From a virus (lineage: Duplodnaviria > Caudoviricetes), in the IMG/VR virus record IMGVR_UViG_3300012983_000001, positions 96,001 through 160,000 of that record: DNA of 64,000 nucleotides. One strand, given 5' to 3'. How positions within the stretch are numbered: the stretch's first letter is position 1; each line of letters begins with the position of its first letter. The notes under the pieces are model-generated. The model was not told the origin of the DNA. It worked only from the letters and a program-made list of their open reading frames with translations, and did not search any database. The position numbers and the translations under genes were made by a program. This document shows, one piece after another, positions 19,601-31,400 of the stretch.

Positions 19601-22396
19601 AGTTTCTGCTGCAACAACCTTACAAATAGCTTCGAACTCTGATGTAGTTAATGTGTACTGTGACACTACCGATGAAGAATCTGAGAAGAACAATGTTTTT
19701 TCTTTGTTTCGTCTATTTATAAGTCCCTGCTTAGCATAACTTGCAGTTCCCCAATACAATGGTAAATTGTTACCGATATCTTCAATCGTTTTACTAACAA
19801 CCAAAAGAGAGTCTGCGTTTTTATTGTGGAACCCTCTATTATAGAAATACGATGTTAATGCTAATACTTGATTATTAGTGAAATCACTAGTGTTCCAACC
19901 GTATTGCTCTAATTTAGATAACGTCTTTGGAATCATTGACTCTAATTCCAATGTCAAATAATGTTCTGCATCTTCTTTAGACATTGTCATGCCAGATGTA
20001 ATTTTAACATCTTGAGTTCCATCAAAATAGGTATTATGGAAGCCATATCCAATATCTATACCACCATCTCTTGGTTCCGCTGTGCCTAAAAATCCCTCCC
20101 AGTCCTTCACCATGTCAACAAAATCTTGTGTAACATGGAAACCTGTAGTATTGGTAGCGGATGACGCTTTTGATGTTTTAATGAATGCTTTTGGTCTAAA
20201 ACATCGTCCGTTCTTAAAATACTGTGTATCTTTCTTAACGCCACCAATAGGATATGGACTACTGTTTGCTGCATGAACAATAGAATTATTTCCTTCATAC
20301 ACAACAGTATGTGTTAAATCACTATTGCAAAGGACGTCGCCACGTTGCATTTGGTTCCATGGGACTTCAATGAAGTGTTGCGAACTAGGAATTGTATCTA
20401 CTGTCAATCTGCCTTCATCTTTTGGCATTGCGCCTATTTTCTGTAACAGATAAGTTACAAAACCAGAGCAATCAAAACATAAGCCTTTTGCATCAGATAC
20501 TTCACCTTCTGCACCCCACTTATAGGTATGTCCAATAAAACTATTGGCGCAAGTAATAAATGCTTCAATTAAGTCTGTTGCGTAAGTTTCTCCATTATAA
20601 TTAGGAGTATGAATGACTTCTCGTGTTTTACTGTATGACTTCATGTGTTTTGGTTGGTAACCATAATATGTGTCATTACCTTCTTCAAGTTCACTTAAAT
20701 AGAATGATAAGTAAGAACAAGAATAGAATACATAGAAATCAGGGTCAACATAAATATCATACTCCAACTTACTTGTGTCAATGTCATCTGTATATGCTAT
20801 ACCGTGGCTAACATTCTTTACAGAGATATTATTACCTGGATGGCTTCCATGTAACATACCCATTGGATTTTTTGGATACTTTGTATAAGGTAATTTAGTT
20901 AAGTTATTTTTCTTTCTAAAGTCAATACAATTACGAATAAATGCATCAACTTCATTGTATGTAGGCAAATGTAAGTCAGGATAAACTTCCATAGAAGTTC
21001 TAATCTTCCATTCTGCATAGTTGTCTTGTTTAATTTTAATCTCCAATCCCTGTATGCTTTGTTCGATAGTTTGATTTGAATATCTTTCGTCATCACCGCC
21101 ATGCACATGGTCAGGATTAAAATCATTGTCGTCACAATCTTCACAGTCGAACGGTCTGAACCCATGCAGTTGTTCTCGTGAAGACTGTGCAATATCATAC
21201 GCGATACAGTTCATTTGTACGTTATATAATCCAGGAAAACCTGGAACCGTATTTGTAACTACGGAATCAATTAACACGAACAATGAACCAGTAAAAGAAA
21301 CTAATTCAGATTCCAATTTAACAAAACCTACGGAATGTACTTTGGCATTATTTCTTATCAACAAATCATTTGATATTTGACATTGTTCTAATGCTTGTAC
21401 GACGCTATAGTCAGTTGTTTCCATAGTAATGCTGTAGATAGTATCCATGCCACCAATGTATTGGATAGTTGGACTGGAAATATCAGATAGCTGAATATTG
21501 GTTAAAATGTTGGAATAACCGCACTGAAATGCTGTAATAACTACATCTGATTCAGCACTATCTAACCATGTGATGTAATTGGAGTCTTCTTCTGTCACTT
21601 TGTATTCATCACAGATAATAGAGAGCATATTAGATTCTGTTGCTTTTTCTGAGTTAAAAACAGCATCACTCAAAACACTAATCTTGAATCTATTATGTTC
21701 GCTATTAGCAGGTAAGCTTTGTAACTTTTTGTAAACATGTGTTTCTGTTAAAAATCTTTGATAATAAAATCTAAATAAATCCCAGTCAATCATGTATTTA
21801 AAACATACATCTGGCATTTCCAGATATGGATACATATTGACTTCCTGCAATGTAATTTGAGCTGTCATTGCGTTCGGAAAGCCTTGCATAGTAGACATGG
21901 TAATAGACTGTAAAGCGACAGTAAAAATACCGTACATACCATTAACTAGTTCGTTCGAAATTGGTAAAAACGGTGTACATTTAAACTGCGCCAATAATTG
22001 TCTTAAGCCGTCTACATAATAAGTCCCTTCTGGACCAGGTACTGCATAACCATTCAGTTGTTCTAATCCATTAAATACAAGGTCTATCAGAATAGTACGT
22101 TTGTGATGACCTGCTTTCATTTTCTGGGTATTCTCCTGTCTCAGAGTAACAAGACTCTGAGACGTTGATTCGGAGCTTACCATTATAAATTCAGGAGGTA
22201 TCATGAAATACGTATCACCTATCTGAAGATTGTATTCATCATACATATATCTGTGAGGATATAATACATTGTCCAGCGCATCCAATGGTTCAATGCGTCG
22301 CTCGTCTTTAATTCTGGAAAACTTATCAATCATTTGTAATCCAGTGACGGTATCTTCAATACTTATCAAGTCTGCATTGTTATACTTGATTCCCAT
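16619..22396 (-). CDS. Baseplate hub / tail-associated lysin with NlpC/P60, GH24 lysozyme-like and SleB-like domains (1925 aa)
   Basis: NlpC/P60 YKWGAEG..FDCSGFV...GDVL...HTVVY...IVHA; lysozyme KDWEGF...IGYGFH...ALTSYFYNRG...GLINRRNKEKTLF; Hydrolase_2 VVAAETLGE...AVAQVIYDR...QF...HVFW; hub-like GQLILTGCPGIKAHDYV..D...VREVTHSFS..TGFTTS. Confidence 0.85.
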   Translation of the reverse strand: MGIKYNNADLISIEDTVTGLQMIDKFSRIKDERRIEPLDALDNVLYPHRYMYDEYNLQIGDTYFMIPPEFIMVSSESTSQSLVTLRQENTQKMKAGHHKRTILIDLVFNGLEQLNGYAVPGPEGTYYVDGLRQLLAQFKCTPFLPISNELVNGMYGIFTVALQSITMSTMQGFPNAMTAQITLQEVNMYPYLEMPDVCFKYMIDWDLFRFYYQRFLTETHVYKKLQSLPANSEHNRFKISVLSDAVFNSEKATESNMLSIICDEYKVTEEDSNYITWLDSAESDVVITAFQCGYSNILTNIQLSDISSPTIQYIGGMDTIYSITMETTDYSVVQALEQCQISNDLLIRNNAKVHSVGFVKLESELVSFTGSLFVLIDSVVTNTVPGFPGLYNVQMNCIAYDIAQSSREQLHGFRPFDCEDCDDNDFNPDHVHGGDDERYSNQTIEQSIQGLEIKIKQDNYAEWKIRTSMEVYPDLHLPTYNEVDAFIRNCIDFRKKNNLTKLPYTKYPKNPMGMLHGSHPGNNISVKNVSHGIAYTDDIDTSKLEYDIYVDPDFYVFYSCSYLSFYLSELEEGNDTYYGYQPKHMKSYSKTREVIHTPNYNGETYATDLIEAFITCANSFIGHTYKWGAEGEVSDAKGLCFDCSGFVTYLLQKIGAMPKDEGRLTVDTIPSSQHFIEVPWNQMQRGDVLCNSDLTHTVVYEGNNSIVHAANSSPYPIGGVKKDTQYFKNGRCFRPKAFIKTSKASSATNTTGFHVTQDFVDMVKDWEGFLGTAEPRDGGIDIGYGFHNTYFDGTQDVKITSGMTMSKEDAEHYLTLELESMIPKTLSKLEQYGWNTSDFTNNQVLALTSYFYNRGFHNKNADSLLVVSKTIEDIGNNLPLYWGTASYAKQGLINRRNKEKTLFFSDSSSVVSQYTLTTSEFEAICKVVAAETLGEDEDAQRAVAQVIYDRLTHPEKKFGGLSNILNGEGQFKTNYQGVVEHSVADIVREVFTKGKKHWNDAQIWYFLTPDANNAAITIAQRDEVYDRIGEAGIHVFWGAESAGSNIKYSIISDPNIGTASSNELKEAYTLLHNAKTIKDIKRFAEPVLAKTEAMIYDDNWAPWNNETNKTNAMEYLNDGLNICNTMFCDEYQYSARGRLVRAFPTYLFCILDDNAQWYDGRKLWTNYYVHRSVVDIAVHGTNDMPTETATLTVTNSYHNLDRTQGGLNDYSIANDEGYAEWVRKFYKATGLLLGLGPKLTDKLIKLQQVIYSHAKLREGARVHLRIGYGSDPLGLAPVMNGHVSDVALGDQITIVVTSDGHELIQHVTSAKEKDTNNGLLGLFGLGEDQEASNIIAEVMAKRESWCHYLAEDTFEGSAYGIEHFGLYFNQKGLLVICIAAAGGIVGGATIGMKWGGAIGAAIGSVVPVVGTALGTGIGVVLGGLLGAGIGALTGVLIDGNVSLADFWNGVQEQYDIMKNIYKASYNGEHYIYSSDFGYDHEQNFVFNKYNMTPWDVFQVSTQQIPEFIVKPSYHQFDSRLYFGLPFWMEKYRYNYLNGIVYEECKSAAQVHLLDCTNIIDNQVKVTSKFSNTNTKVMYTRGGKVVSTPTIHSDDTIDFAYQKTQIIDSPLVQDALGPDLIYEVTFYSLGEDAARRVGVSNLLYGWQQQYQGQLILTGCPGIKAHDYVMIHDSFADVYGLAIVREVTHSFSLNTGFTTSLTLGMIGFHTEDRSGMIQVCQSLLGILNCFSSYIETRRTLRNNYEQYLNLFSEFEIMRDKLTSAINNNQKRDSTANIVNGAFSVVELAQAGVLAYTSFKFAKNLKNLVKAKKFVSTAADAFKTAKTVYKSAKGITKTWKAIKTGGAVLGLSSAGLGTLAWFAVTCVIDALLEDVFDWFDNRNVCVLLPLWWDGYPFVSGTKNGENILLIKQMPTSQNTGGEQPDFND

Positions 22397-22410
22397 AATA
22401 CCTCCTATTT

Positions 22411-25400
22411 CTACATAAGTTCTGCAAACTTATTAGCAAGCCAGTTATCTGTTACACCACTAGTGTCAGCCTGACTATATACTGATGTATTGCCACCACC
22501 AGACATACCGATAAGCTTTGCATTATTCATGTCGTTAATATAATTTTGTGTTTTAGCTGAAACGTTGAAGTTAAAACCAGATGCTCTATCATGATACACT
22601 GTCGCTTTTTTAGACATCGGAGCCTGTTGTGGTCTAGGGCTTCGTGTTTCTGGCTGATTGTTATTATTGTTTCTTGCTGGTGTTAATGGTGATTGAGCTT
22701 TGTCATTATGTAATAAATTATTTGCAACGCCTAACGCAGCCATAGAAGCAACAGCAATACCAATAGTTTTCTTTGGCATTTTACCGAAAGCATCTTTGGT
22801 ACTTTGCCAGAACTGTCCAGAAACAGTTTTCTTTTTAACGTGTCTTTCTGCGGCACGTTTAACTGCTTCTTGTACTTGTTCTGGAGTGCGGGTTTCTAAT
22901 GCGTCATGTACTGCACCAATAGCTTTTTTGTGTTCCGCAATTAAGTCATTGACTAATGGTGTGTTTTTCAATCCGCTATGAGCTGATGTTTGTGCAACAG
23001 GACGATAATTTGATAACGCATTTAACGTATTTGTTAATGCATATGCTTCGGTATGGCTCATTGTCTTAATAGATTTTTGAGCTTCTATACCAGCCTGCTG
23101 TATCTCTTGAATATCAGTCATTACCAGAGAATCGAAACGTTTACCAATGAAATCACCAAAGCCTACAATAGAATCATCAGAAGGTTGTTTCCATCCAAAG
23201 AATGCATCCATCTGCGCTTCTGATTGAAATAATGCATAAATGTCTTGTTGTGTTTTTTTGATAACTGGCTGGTTCTCTGCCTTTAACTTTGTAATAATCT
23301 CATCAGCTCGTTGCATGGAATTATCAACAATGTCTTGTAATGACTTAAGTTCATCATCAGAAACGCCTTGATGACGTAAGCCATCTAATTCCACTTGTAC
23401 GTTAGCAAAACTGCCTTCAATGTTTCTTCGCTCTTCTATTATATCATAGGTGTTCTTCTTTAAAAAGTCTAAAGTTTCTTGATATGTTTTTTTATCGAAA
23501 AAATCCATTAACTGTGCTTCGGATGCATAACGTTCAAGGTTTTCTTCACTACCGAAACGTTGAATTAATTCCTTACGAAGAATTGTATCATATTCTTCGT
23601 CAAAGATAAATCCCCTTTCTTCGTCTCTACTTCTCGGATTGTCTGCAATCTGTTTATTGATTGATTTAATCAATTCTCCAGCGGACGATGGGTCTTTTCT
23701 GGTATCAAAGAAACCTTTGCTTACAGCATAATCATATGTCTGAGCTAATCTGTTAATGTTTGCATAGATAACTGGAGTGGTACGGCCCGCAGTTTTACTA
23801 CCAATAAGAAGCTGATTTACTCCCTGCCATGCAGAACCATATTTAGCTAAACCATTTCTTGTTTCTCCAATTTTCTTAAACGACTGAGGTAATTCAGTAA
23901 GCACCTTGCCTTCATCATCTAATAAGACACTATTAAGTGTTTTTTCGAATTTACGTTTTGTTAATCCACTTGATGTTCTTTCCTGTAATGATATAGACTC
24001 CATGTAGTCTTGAATATTAACACCATGGGATAATACGCTTTCAAACGTTCTTTTGGTACTAAAAGGCTTACCGATTTCTTTACCTGTTGATAAATCTATT
24101 TCGACGAAACGGTTATTGCCTTTATAGATATAGCTTTTATCTTGCCATCTATCAAGAGTGCCAATATCAAAATAAATATCGTTAACGGTATATGGGTCTT
24201 TTGGAGCACTGAAGGAATTAGCAAAGATATCAAGTACATTGTAAAAACCTGTACCAACATATCGTTCGGATAACTTATCAAGACCTTGTTTATTCAGTTC
24301 TTCAATAGTATGGTAAATAGATTCATCCAGAGACCCATGAAGCAACCTGTCGGCGTAATATTTATGGAAATCTGGAATTTCTTTTTGTACATCCAACAGT
24401 CTACGCAATGTTCTTAAATTCTCCAGGTTTGCTGTTTTCTGACCTGCATCTTTTGCTGACTGTATTGCACGATTGAAATCTTCCAGAGTACTATTGACAA
24501 CTAAACGTGCCATGTCATCTAACTCTCTATCAGATGCTTTAAACAATCCAGAATTGACCGCTTCAAGTATATTACGAATACCCTTCATATTGCTTTCTGG
24601 AGAATGCTTACTGTTACCAAATAACAGCGACATACCTGTAGAATAACGTGTTGTTTTTGCAATTCTTAAACCGTCATCTGCGTGCTTTACGTCGATACTC
24701 TTCTGCTCTGTTTCACTAAAGAAACCACCAGCTTTAGAAAGCATATTACTCAAACTTACATAAGTATCATTAAGTAATTGTTTTTGAGATAACGCTAATT
24801 TTGGGTCGGTCATTGCAGTAAGCAATGCATTTCTCATAGTGTAGTTTGGAGTAGAAATACTACCAATGTTCTTTTTACGGAAACGAGATGCAATAGAAGC
24901 AATAATCGAGTCTTCATCTGTCATGGTATTAAACTTCATGTGTACAAATGTATCATGCATTTGCTTTGATGTTTCCGCAGCAAAGATTTGAGCATCGCTA
25001 AGATTATCAATAGAGGATACACGAATGCTGTTATCTTTAGCCCATGCCATAATAGCACTTTCATACTCTTTAGGTTTCATTTTTTTAAGCATTGCTGCAT
25101 ATTGTCTGGTACTTGCATTTGGGTCATCTGAACCAAAAAGACCAATATCATTAACAAGCTCTGCTAATAAAGAACGAGACTCTCGTGCCGCAAAACGATT
25201 ATAAATTTCAGTAGCAGTATCAAAAACTTGCGTTCCATTAATCTTTGTATCTGTTCTGATGATACTCATACCGTCTGTCAGTATAGACAAGAATTGTTTA
25301 TCGCCATCGAAGTCAACATTATTTAAGGACGAGAATACAGCACTAGAACCACGTACTTGTGTACCAGTTAAAGTAGTATCAAGAATTACTCTTGTCATAG

Positions 25401-28400
25401 CTTGGCTTCGGAATGTTGGATAACGAGTAATTTCACCGAAAGTACCAACTTCAGAAAGATACATTGTGCCGATTTCTTCATCGAACACTTTAAGAATACT
25501 ACCTTGTTCGCTATTAATAATAGCTTGATTCAATGCTTTAATGTCTAATCCGCCAGGTGTTTGGCCATATCGTCTAGCTACAAAATCATTTAACTGACCT
25601 GTAATGGATTTCTTGGAATCAATGTGCAATCCTTCAATGTTCAGTGCATTTAATTTTCTAGCTATTGTTGTTTTACGACCAGCAAATTTGTGATGATATT
25701 CTTTGATACGTTCAAACTTATAGTTCCCAGTTTCCCAGTCGCTGTACGCTTGTAATCCTACGGCACCAACACTAATGCCTTGACGCTCAAAGGCTTCTTT
25801 ACTTATGGCAACAGCTAAACCATATTGCTTTTTGCCATCTATCATGACTTCAGCGGCCTTACGAAGATTGTCGTTACTACTTAAGGACATCAGTTCTGAA
25901 TAATAACTATCATCTTCTAGTATACGTTTTGAAATCTTTGACAGCTCTTTTTTAAGTGGCGCATATACTTCATCTTCTAATTCTTTAATGACTGCTTTAT
26001 TGTCAGGATTGATTTTAAGAATGCGTTCTAATCTATCTTTACGCTTCTTTAAAGCCTTAAGCTCAGGTGTCATCATTGCTTTAACTAAAGGAGATGCTTC
26101 ATCCTGTGCAAGTAATTCTTGAGACGTTGGCATGATATATTGCTGGAATGCTTTATAAACGTCTCCTTGCTTATCCAAGAAACCGAGTTGCTTAGATAAA
26201 CTAGTCATTGTGGAAGAATATGCTGCACTTAAAGCTTGTTTTATACCACCCTGTTTTGTGTATCTACTAGGGTTTGTTGTAATGTCAATTAATTGATTTA
26301 CGAAGTGTGAAACTGTACTTTGTTGACTCTGGAAGTATGTCTTGTCGGTTGCGCCAGTAAATACAGTCTGAATCGGAATCATTACGCCTTTAAAGTCACG
26401 ATATCCGAATTTATCTTTAACGGAAAACGAAACGTCGTTTAGGTCAATAAAGATACTATATGATTTATTATCAAGGTTTACACCAGACTTACGAGCGGCT
26501 TTCTTTAAGAAATCACTAGGCTTGCCATCTACGAAGAAAATAGAATTACGTAATTCCTTAGTAGTCATACCGCCTTTTAAACGGCTCGATTCATCAATTA
26601 AGTCGTTAATGTTAATATTAACAATATTCTTACCTTCAGCGCCGTATTTTTCTGGATTGTAATAATACATCAGTGATTCAACAATGCCTTTAGCGCTACG
26701 CTGAATTTCTGATTTACCATTTAATAAATGTATTCTATTTGCATTTTTCTGTTGACCGTATACATTGATGTATTGCTGTAAGTCTGTCTGGTCATTTTGA
26801 GCCAATCCAGTTCCTTGTGCATTATAATGTTCAGAGTAATATCTTAAGGTATCTGCCCATTCATTGTCGATTGGGTCTATGCCATCACCGCCCATTTGCA
26901 TACCACGAGTACGAATACCTTGTTCAATTCTTTGGTCATATACCATTCTGGTACCCATGTGTTCATTCATACTTTGTCTTTGAATACGAGCATTATACGT
27001 GCCAGTGGCATACATTTCTTCAATTTCTTCTACGATTGATTCGTTGATACTTGTGGATAAGATGGTATTATTCTTAATCTGGTCATATAACGTCTCAATA
27101 GCATAGCTAAAATTGTGAGCGTCGCTACTTGATGAAATAATATGTCCATCAATAAACTGAAACTTGTTTATGCCACGGAATGCTGGATTAGCTTCAGTAA
27201 TCATTCTATTCAAATGATTAACTAATGCTTGTCCCTGACCACGTTCTGTATACTGAGAAGTAATAGTATTCCATAAGGAATGGGTAGAAACAATATTACC
27301 ATGCTTCTCAAGGCCAAGATTTGCCATTACCACAGCGCCATCAGATACTTTTGCAAATAAGCTATTAGCAACACGTAATGCTTTTTGGCTGTCTGTAATG
27401 CCAGTGTACTCCATAAACTTTGTCATGTTTATACTGTGTACAGTACCTTTTTCTGCACCGTTAATCATGATTTTTGTATCAGCAATATCGCCATGTAATG
27501 GAATTACACTACTAGAACCCCAATCAAAGAATTCATCAATGTTTTCGCGTGTAAATACTGTATCAGGACCGTCATAGTAAATAAGCGTGTCATCTGGCGT
27601 TATTGCAATAGGAGTATCTCGTGTTACTACAGTTCCGTCGTGCGCTAAACGAGCAAGCATACTTTTACTACGCGCTTCGTCGACAATATCTTTGTCGAAC
27701 ATAATCTTTTTACCATCTTTAGCTTGGAATAATTCTTGTTCATTTAAACCAGGCGCAATGAATATCTTACCCTCATGTAAAGACATGAATTCTTGTTCAA
27801 AATATTCAACAGCTTTACCGTAACGAGATTCTGAAATGCCCAACTGTTTTGCCATTGCGACGTCTTCTTCAAGTTCTTGATAACGCATGATTAAATCGTA
27901 ATCATTGATTTGCTTTACTCTTGCAATCATTGAACGTTCTCTTAATGCGTAATCTTCTCCATCTATTGGCTGATATCCAGATGCCGCTAATGCCATTTTA
28001 TCTTTGTATTCTTTTTCTGTAATAACGTTAGTACCAACACGTAATGCATGTTCTTCAAAGCCGATGAATTTTTTCATATCGAATCTGCTTGGTGAGAACC
28101 ACATGCTATTATTTTGCTGATGATAAGTAGGTCTTAATGTACTGTATAAACTTGCCGCATCGTTGTAGTCGCCAGGACGTACATATGAAACAATGCCTTT
28201 TTCACTTGCAGATTCTGATAATACTTGGTTAATACCTTTGGTTTGAATTTTCTTTAATGCCTCACCTACGGACTGGTGGAAGGTATGAGTCGTATCTCGT
28301 TCTACGGTTTCAGTAATAATATCAAAAATGTTCTTATCAAATTCTGGTCCAGAGATAATGCCCTGTAAAGAAATATCACTAGCGACAGTACCAGTAAACA

Positions 28401-31400
28401 ATCGTTTCATGAAGAATTCTTTAAACTCAGTATTATTAGCAACTCGCATTAAGTATTCGGTTGCATGGCGTCCTTCTGTAATCGCTAAACCAGATGCTTT
28501 ACCGAATGCTTCAACAACTTTTTGTGCGGTATTCAGGTTATCTGCTGAATCAATAGCTACAGCGGCCTTGAAGATAGAATACAATCCTTCACTCACTTTT
28601 GCTTCATACGCCTGAATAAAATCACTTGGCGTGAATTCTGCAATACGACGTACAACTTTTTTGCCATCTACTTCAGTAATGTAGCCTCTATAAGATGCGG
28701 AGGCAGATAAATCATCCAAATATCTATTTTGAGCACGACGTACAGCATCTGTTGCTGCTCTGTATTCTCCATGTAACGTATGTTCAATAGCATGGCCATT
28801 TGCCATTCTAATGGTAGATAAGAATCCATACTCACCACTATTATAGTATGCCGCAAGTGTTCCATCACTAAAATCACGAACTTGTAATTCTGGAATGATA
28901 ATCTTTTCCATTGAACCAGTGTGTCCTTGTGTGATGGTACGTAATGTACCTTCGCTTAACTGGTATTCGTTAATTTTAGGTATCTCAATAAATGATGCAT
29001 AATCACTGATAGATTCTGCACCAACAACTGCACTATGATACTGTTCTGGGTCCAATAAAGTATAACGATTAGTAAAGTCAAATTTACCATCCATAAGAGC
29101 AGTATAAAATCTATTCATGTCCTGTTCTCTGGTCATAAACAGATATGCATTACCGTCTTCTGGTTGCGCAATAAATGCACGCAAACCCTGGTCAAGATAG
29201 TTGTTAATGGCATAACTAGTTGGCTCGCCATTGCTTGTTGTCTTATTGAATAATTCTATAAGTAACTTAGCTTCATCACTATTTGGAGCAATGTTAAGTT
29301 TAGAAGCAATGGTGTTCATGTGATTTTCAAATGCTTCTCGATTTGCATAACGACTGCTAACATAGAAAGTTTCTGGTCTCTCAGCGATTGCATCACGAAT
29401 AATGTCTTGCATATCGGTTTTTGATGCCTCATAGACTTCACTTAGTTTCAGCGTCTTTTTACCTCTTGGTTTCTTGTATTGAATAATTGCGTCACTTTCA
29501 AGGTCCACACCTAACAAATGCATGTTTTTACGTTTGCCACTTGCTGCAAAAACATTATCAATACTTTGAGTTGCACTTGTATATTTGTCCATATATCCAG
29601 ATATTGCATAACCGAGGTCTTGCGAAATGCTATACAATTCATCCGCAGGCAAAGAGGTCATTTGTTGATAAGCTCGTTGGAATGCCTCTTCGTCAAGTAT
29701 GCCGCGTTTATTAAGGTCTGTTAAAATAGTCTGCGCTTCGCTAATATCAAGACCTTGAAAGATTCTATTGATATCATATGTTATTGTATTTGCACTGTAA
29801 CCATTGATTCTGCGAATACTACCATCTGGCATTTCCACATCAATACCAAGAGCGTCAGACATTACTGCATATGATTCTTTAGCTGAATATCTTTCGTATT
29901 TGTTATCAAGATAAGCCATTGCTTGTGTGTATGCTCTCTGTACATCAATAGTTTTATCCATGTTGTTTGCATTACCATGCGTGGCTTGTACTGTTTCAAC
30001 GATTTGACGAAGTAATGGTCTTTCATTTTGAAGCTTATCATACATACCCACGAAAGCCTGGGCCTGATAATGACTTCTAATTGGTACAGGACTAGGGTTT
30101 TCTGCATTGTAATGTGTTTCAACATATCGCATTAACTCTCTAGCGGATTCACTAGTTGGCTTAATATCAAAACGTTCTTCAGCAGGTAGACTATCTAAAT
30201 CATCCATGAATTTTAAGTATTGTTGTAACGTTTCAAAACCATAGATATTGTCTTTACCATCTAAACCAACATTAACTGGGTCAATTAACTTACTAAATTC
30301 TCTACGACCAAAATCTCTATAATGAAATGCTTGTTGTTTTATCGCATCACCAGAAGTTACTTGTGCGCTAGTAAAAATACTTGAGTTATGCACTAATGTT
30401 TCTAATGCTTCTGTTTCAGAACCATACACTAAAGAGACCTTAGTAGTTCCATCGTCTACAAGGTTATCAAGCGTTAAAACATATTTGGTTTCGCCATCCA
30501 GCTCTACATAATGAGAATGTTCTTTATCAATGGTCCAATATTCATTTGTAAAAGAATAATTAGGCACAGGACTACCGTCAATAATGGCCATGTCTTGCGC
30601 ATGTTTGTGCTGTAAAGAGCCTCTATGAATTAAAAATATACTATCGTCAATGGTACTTTGAGATTTATATGAATCTGCAAAATCTTGTAATTGCTTAGTA
30701 CCATCCAGGACTTCTTGCATACGAATATCCAATAAGCGTCCTTCATTATCAACATCGGCATCACCTCGATGTATCTGTGACGCATTAATGCGTGTTACTC
30801 GTAATTGTTCATCTACAGAAGCACCTGCTCTAGTACCATATGTATTTTCAAAATATGAATTCACTGACTGCGAATTACTAGCTGCCAATGCTCTTGCTGA
30901 ATAGATAACGTCTAATATACTACCTCTAACAGAAGCGATTTCACTTGCATCAACACCTAATACTTTTGCTGTATTTACGAGTGCGTCTATATCAAATTGA
31001 CTATTTGCACCAAAAAGTACAGCGTTATCGTCATGAATAGCATCAGTAATTTCACCAATCAACATCGGTAATAGTTCATTTGGCTTTGCAACTTGATATG
31101 CATTATGTAAATTTTTGATACCTGCCCTAAATGCTGTGGCTGTACGAGTTTCTGCTGATAATTCACCAGCTACTTTAAAAGTTCTGCCATCAACTACTTC
31201 ATTACGGATAGCATCGCGACCACTATACATGCTTATACGTTTTAACGTAGTTTGCTCTGCATTATCACGCTCATTAAGACCATCCCAGCCAACTTTTTCA
31301 AACTTGTCAACTAAGCTTAATAAATAATCTCTTTGGGCATCATTAATACCAAAAATATACGAACGACCTGTGCGTGTTACATTACCACTATTATCATAAA

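Noticed and set aside
25300-25320. DFDGD as a calcium-binding FG-GAP/EF-hand-like loop rather than an RNAP site
   Set aside because: It is a single copy, preceded by N-x and by RYP at RNAP-like spacing, and accompanied by the beta-type K-x7-KG motif. It is not in a beta-propeller repeat context.
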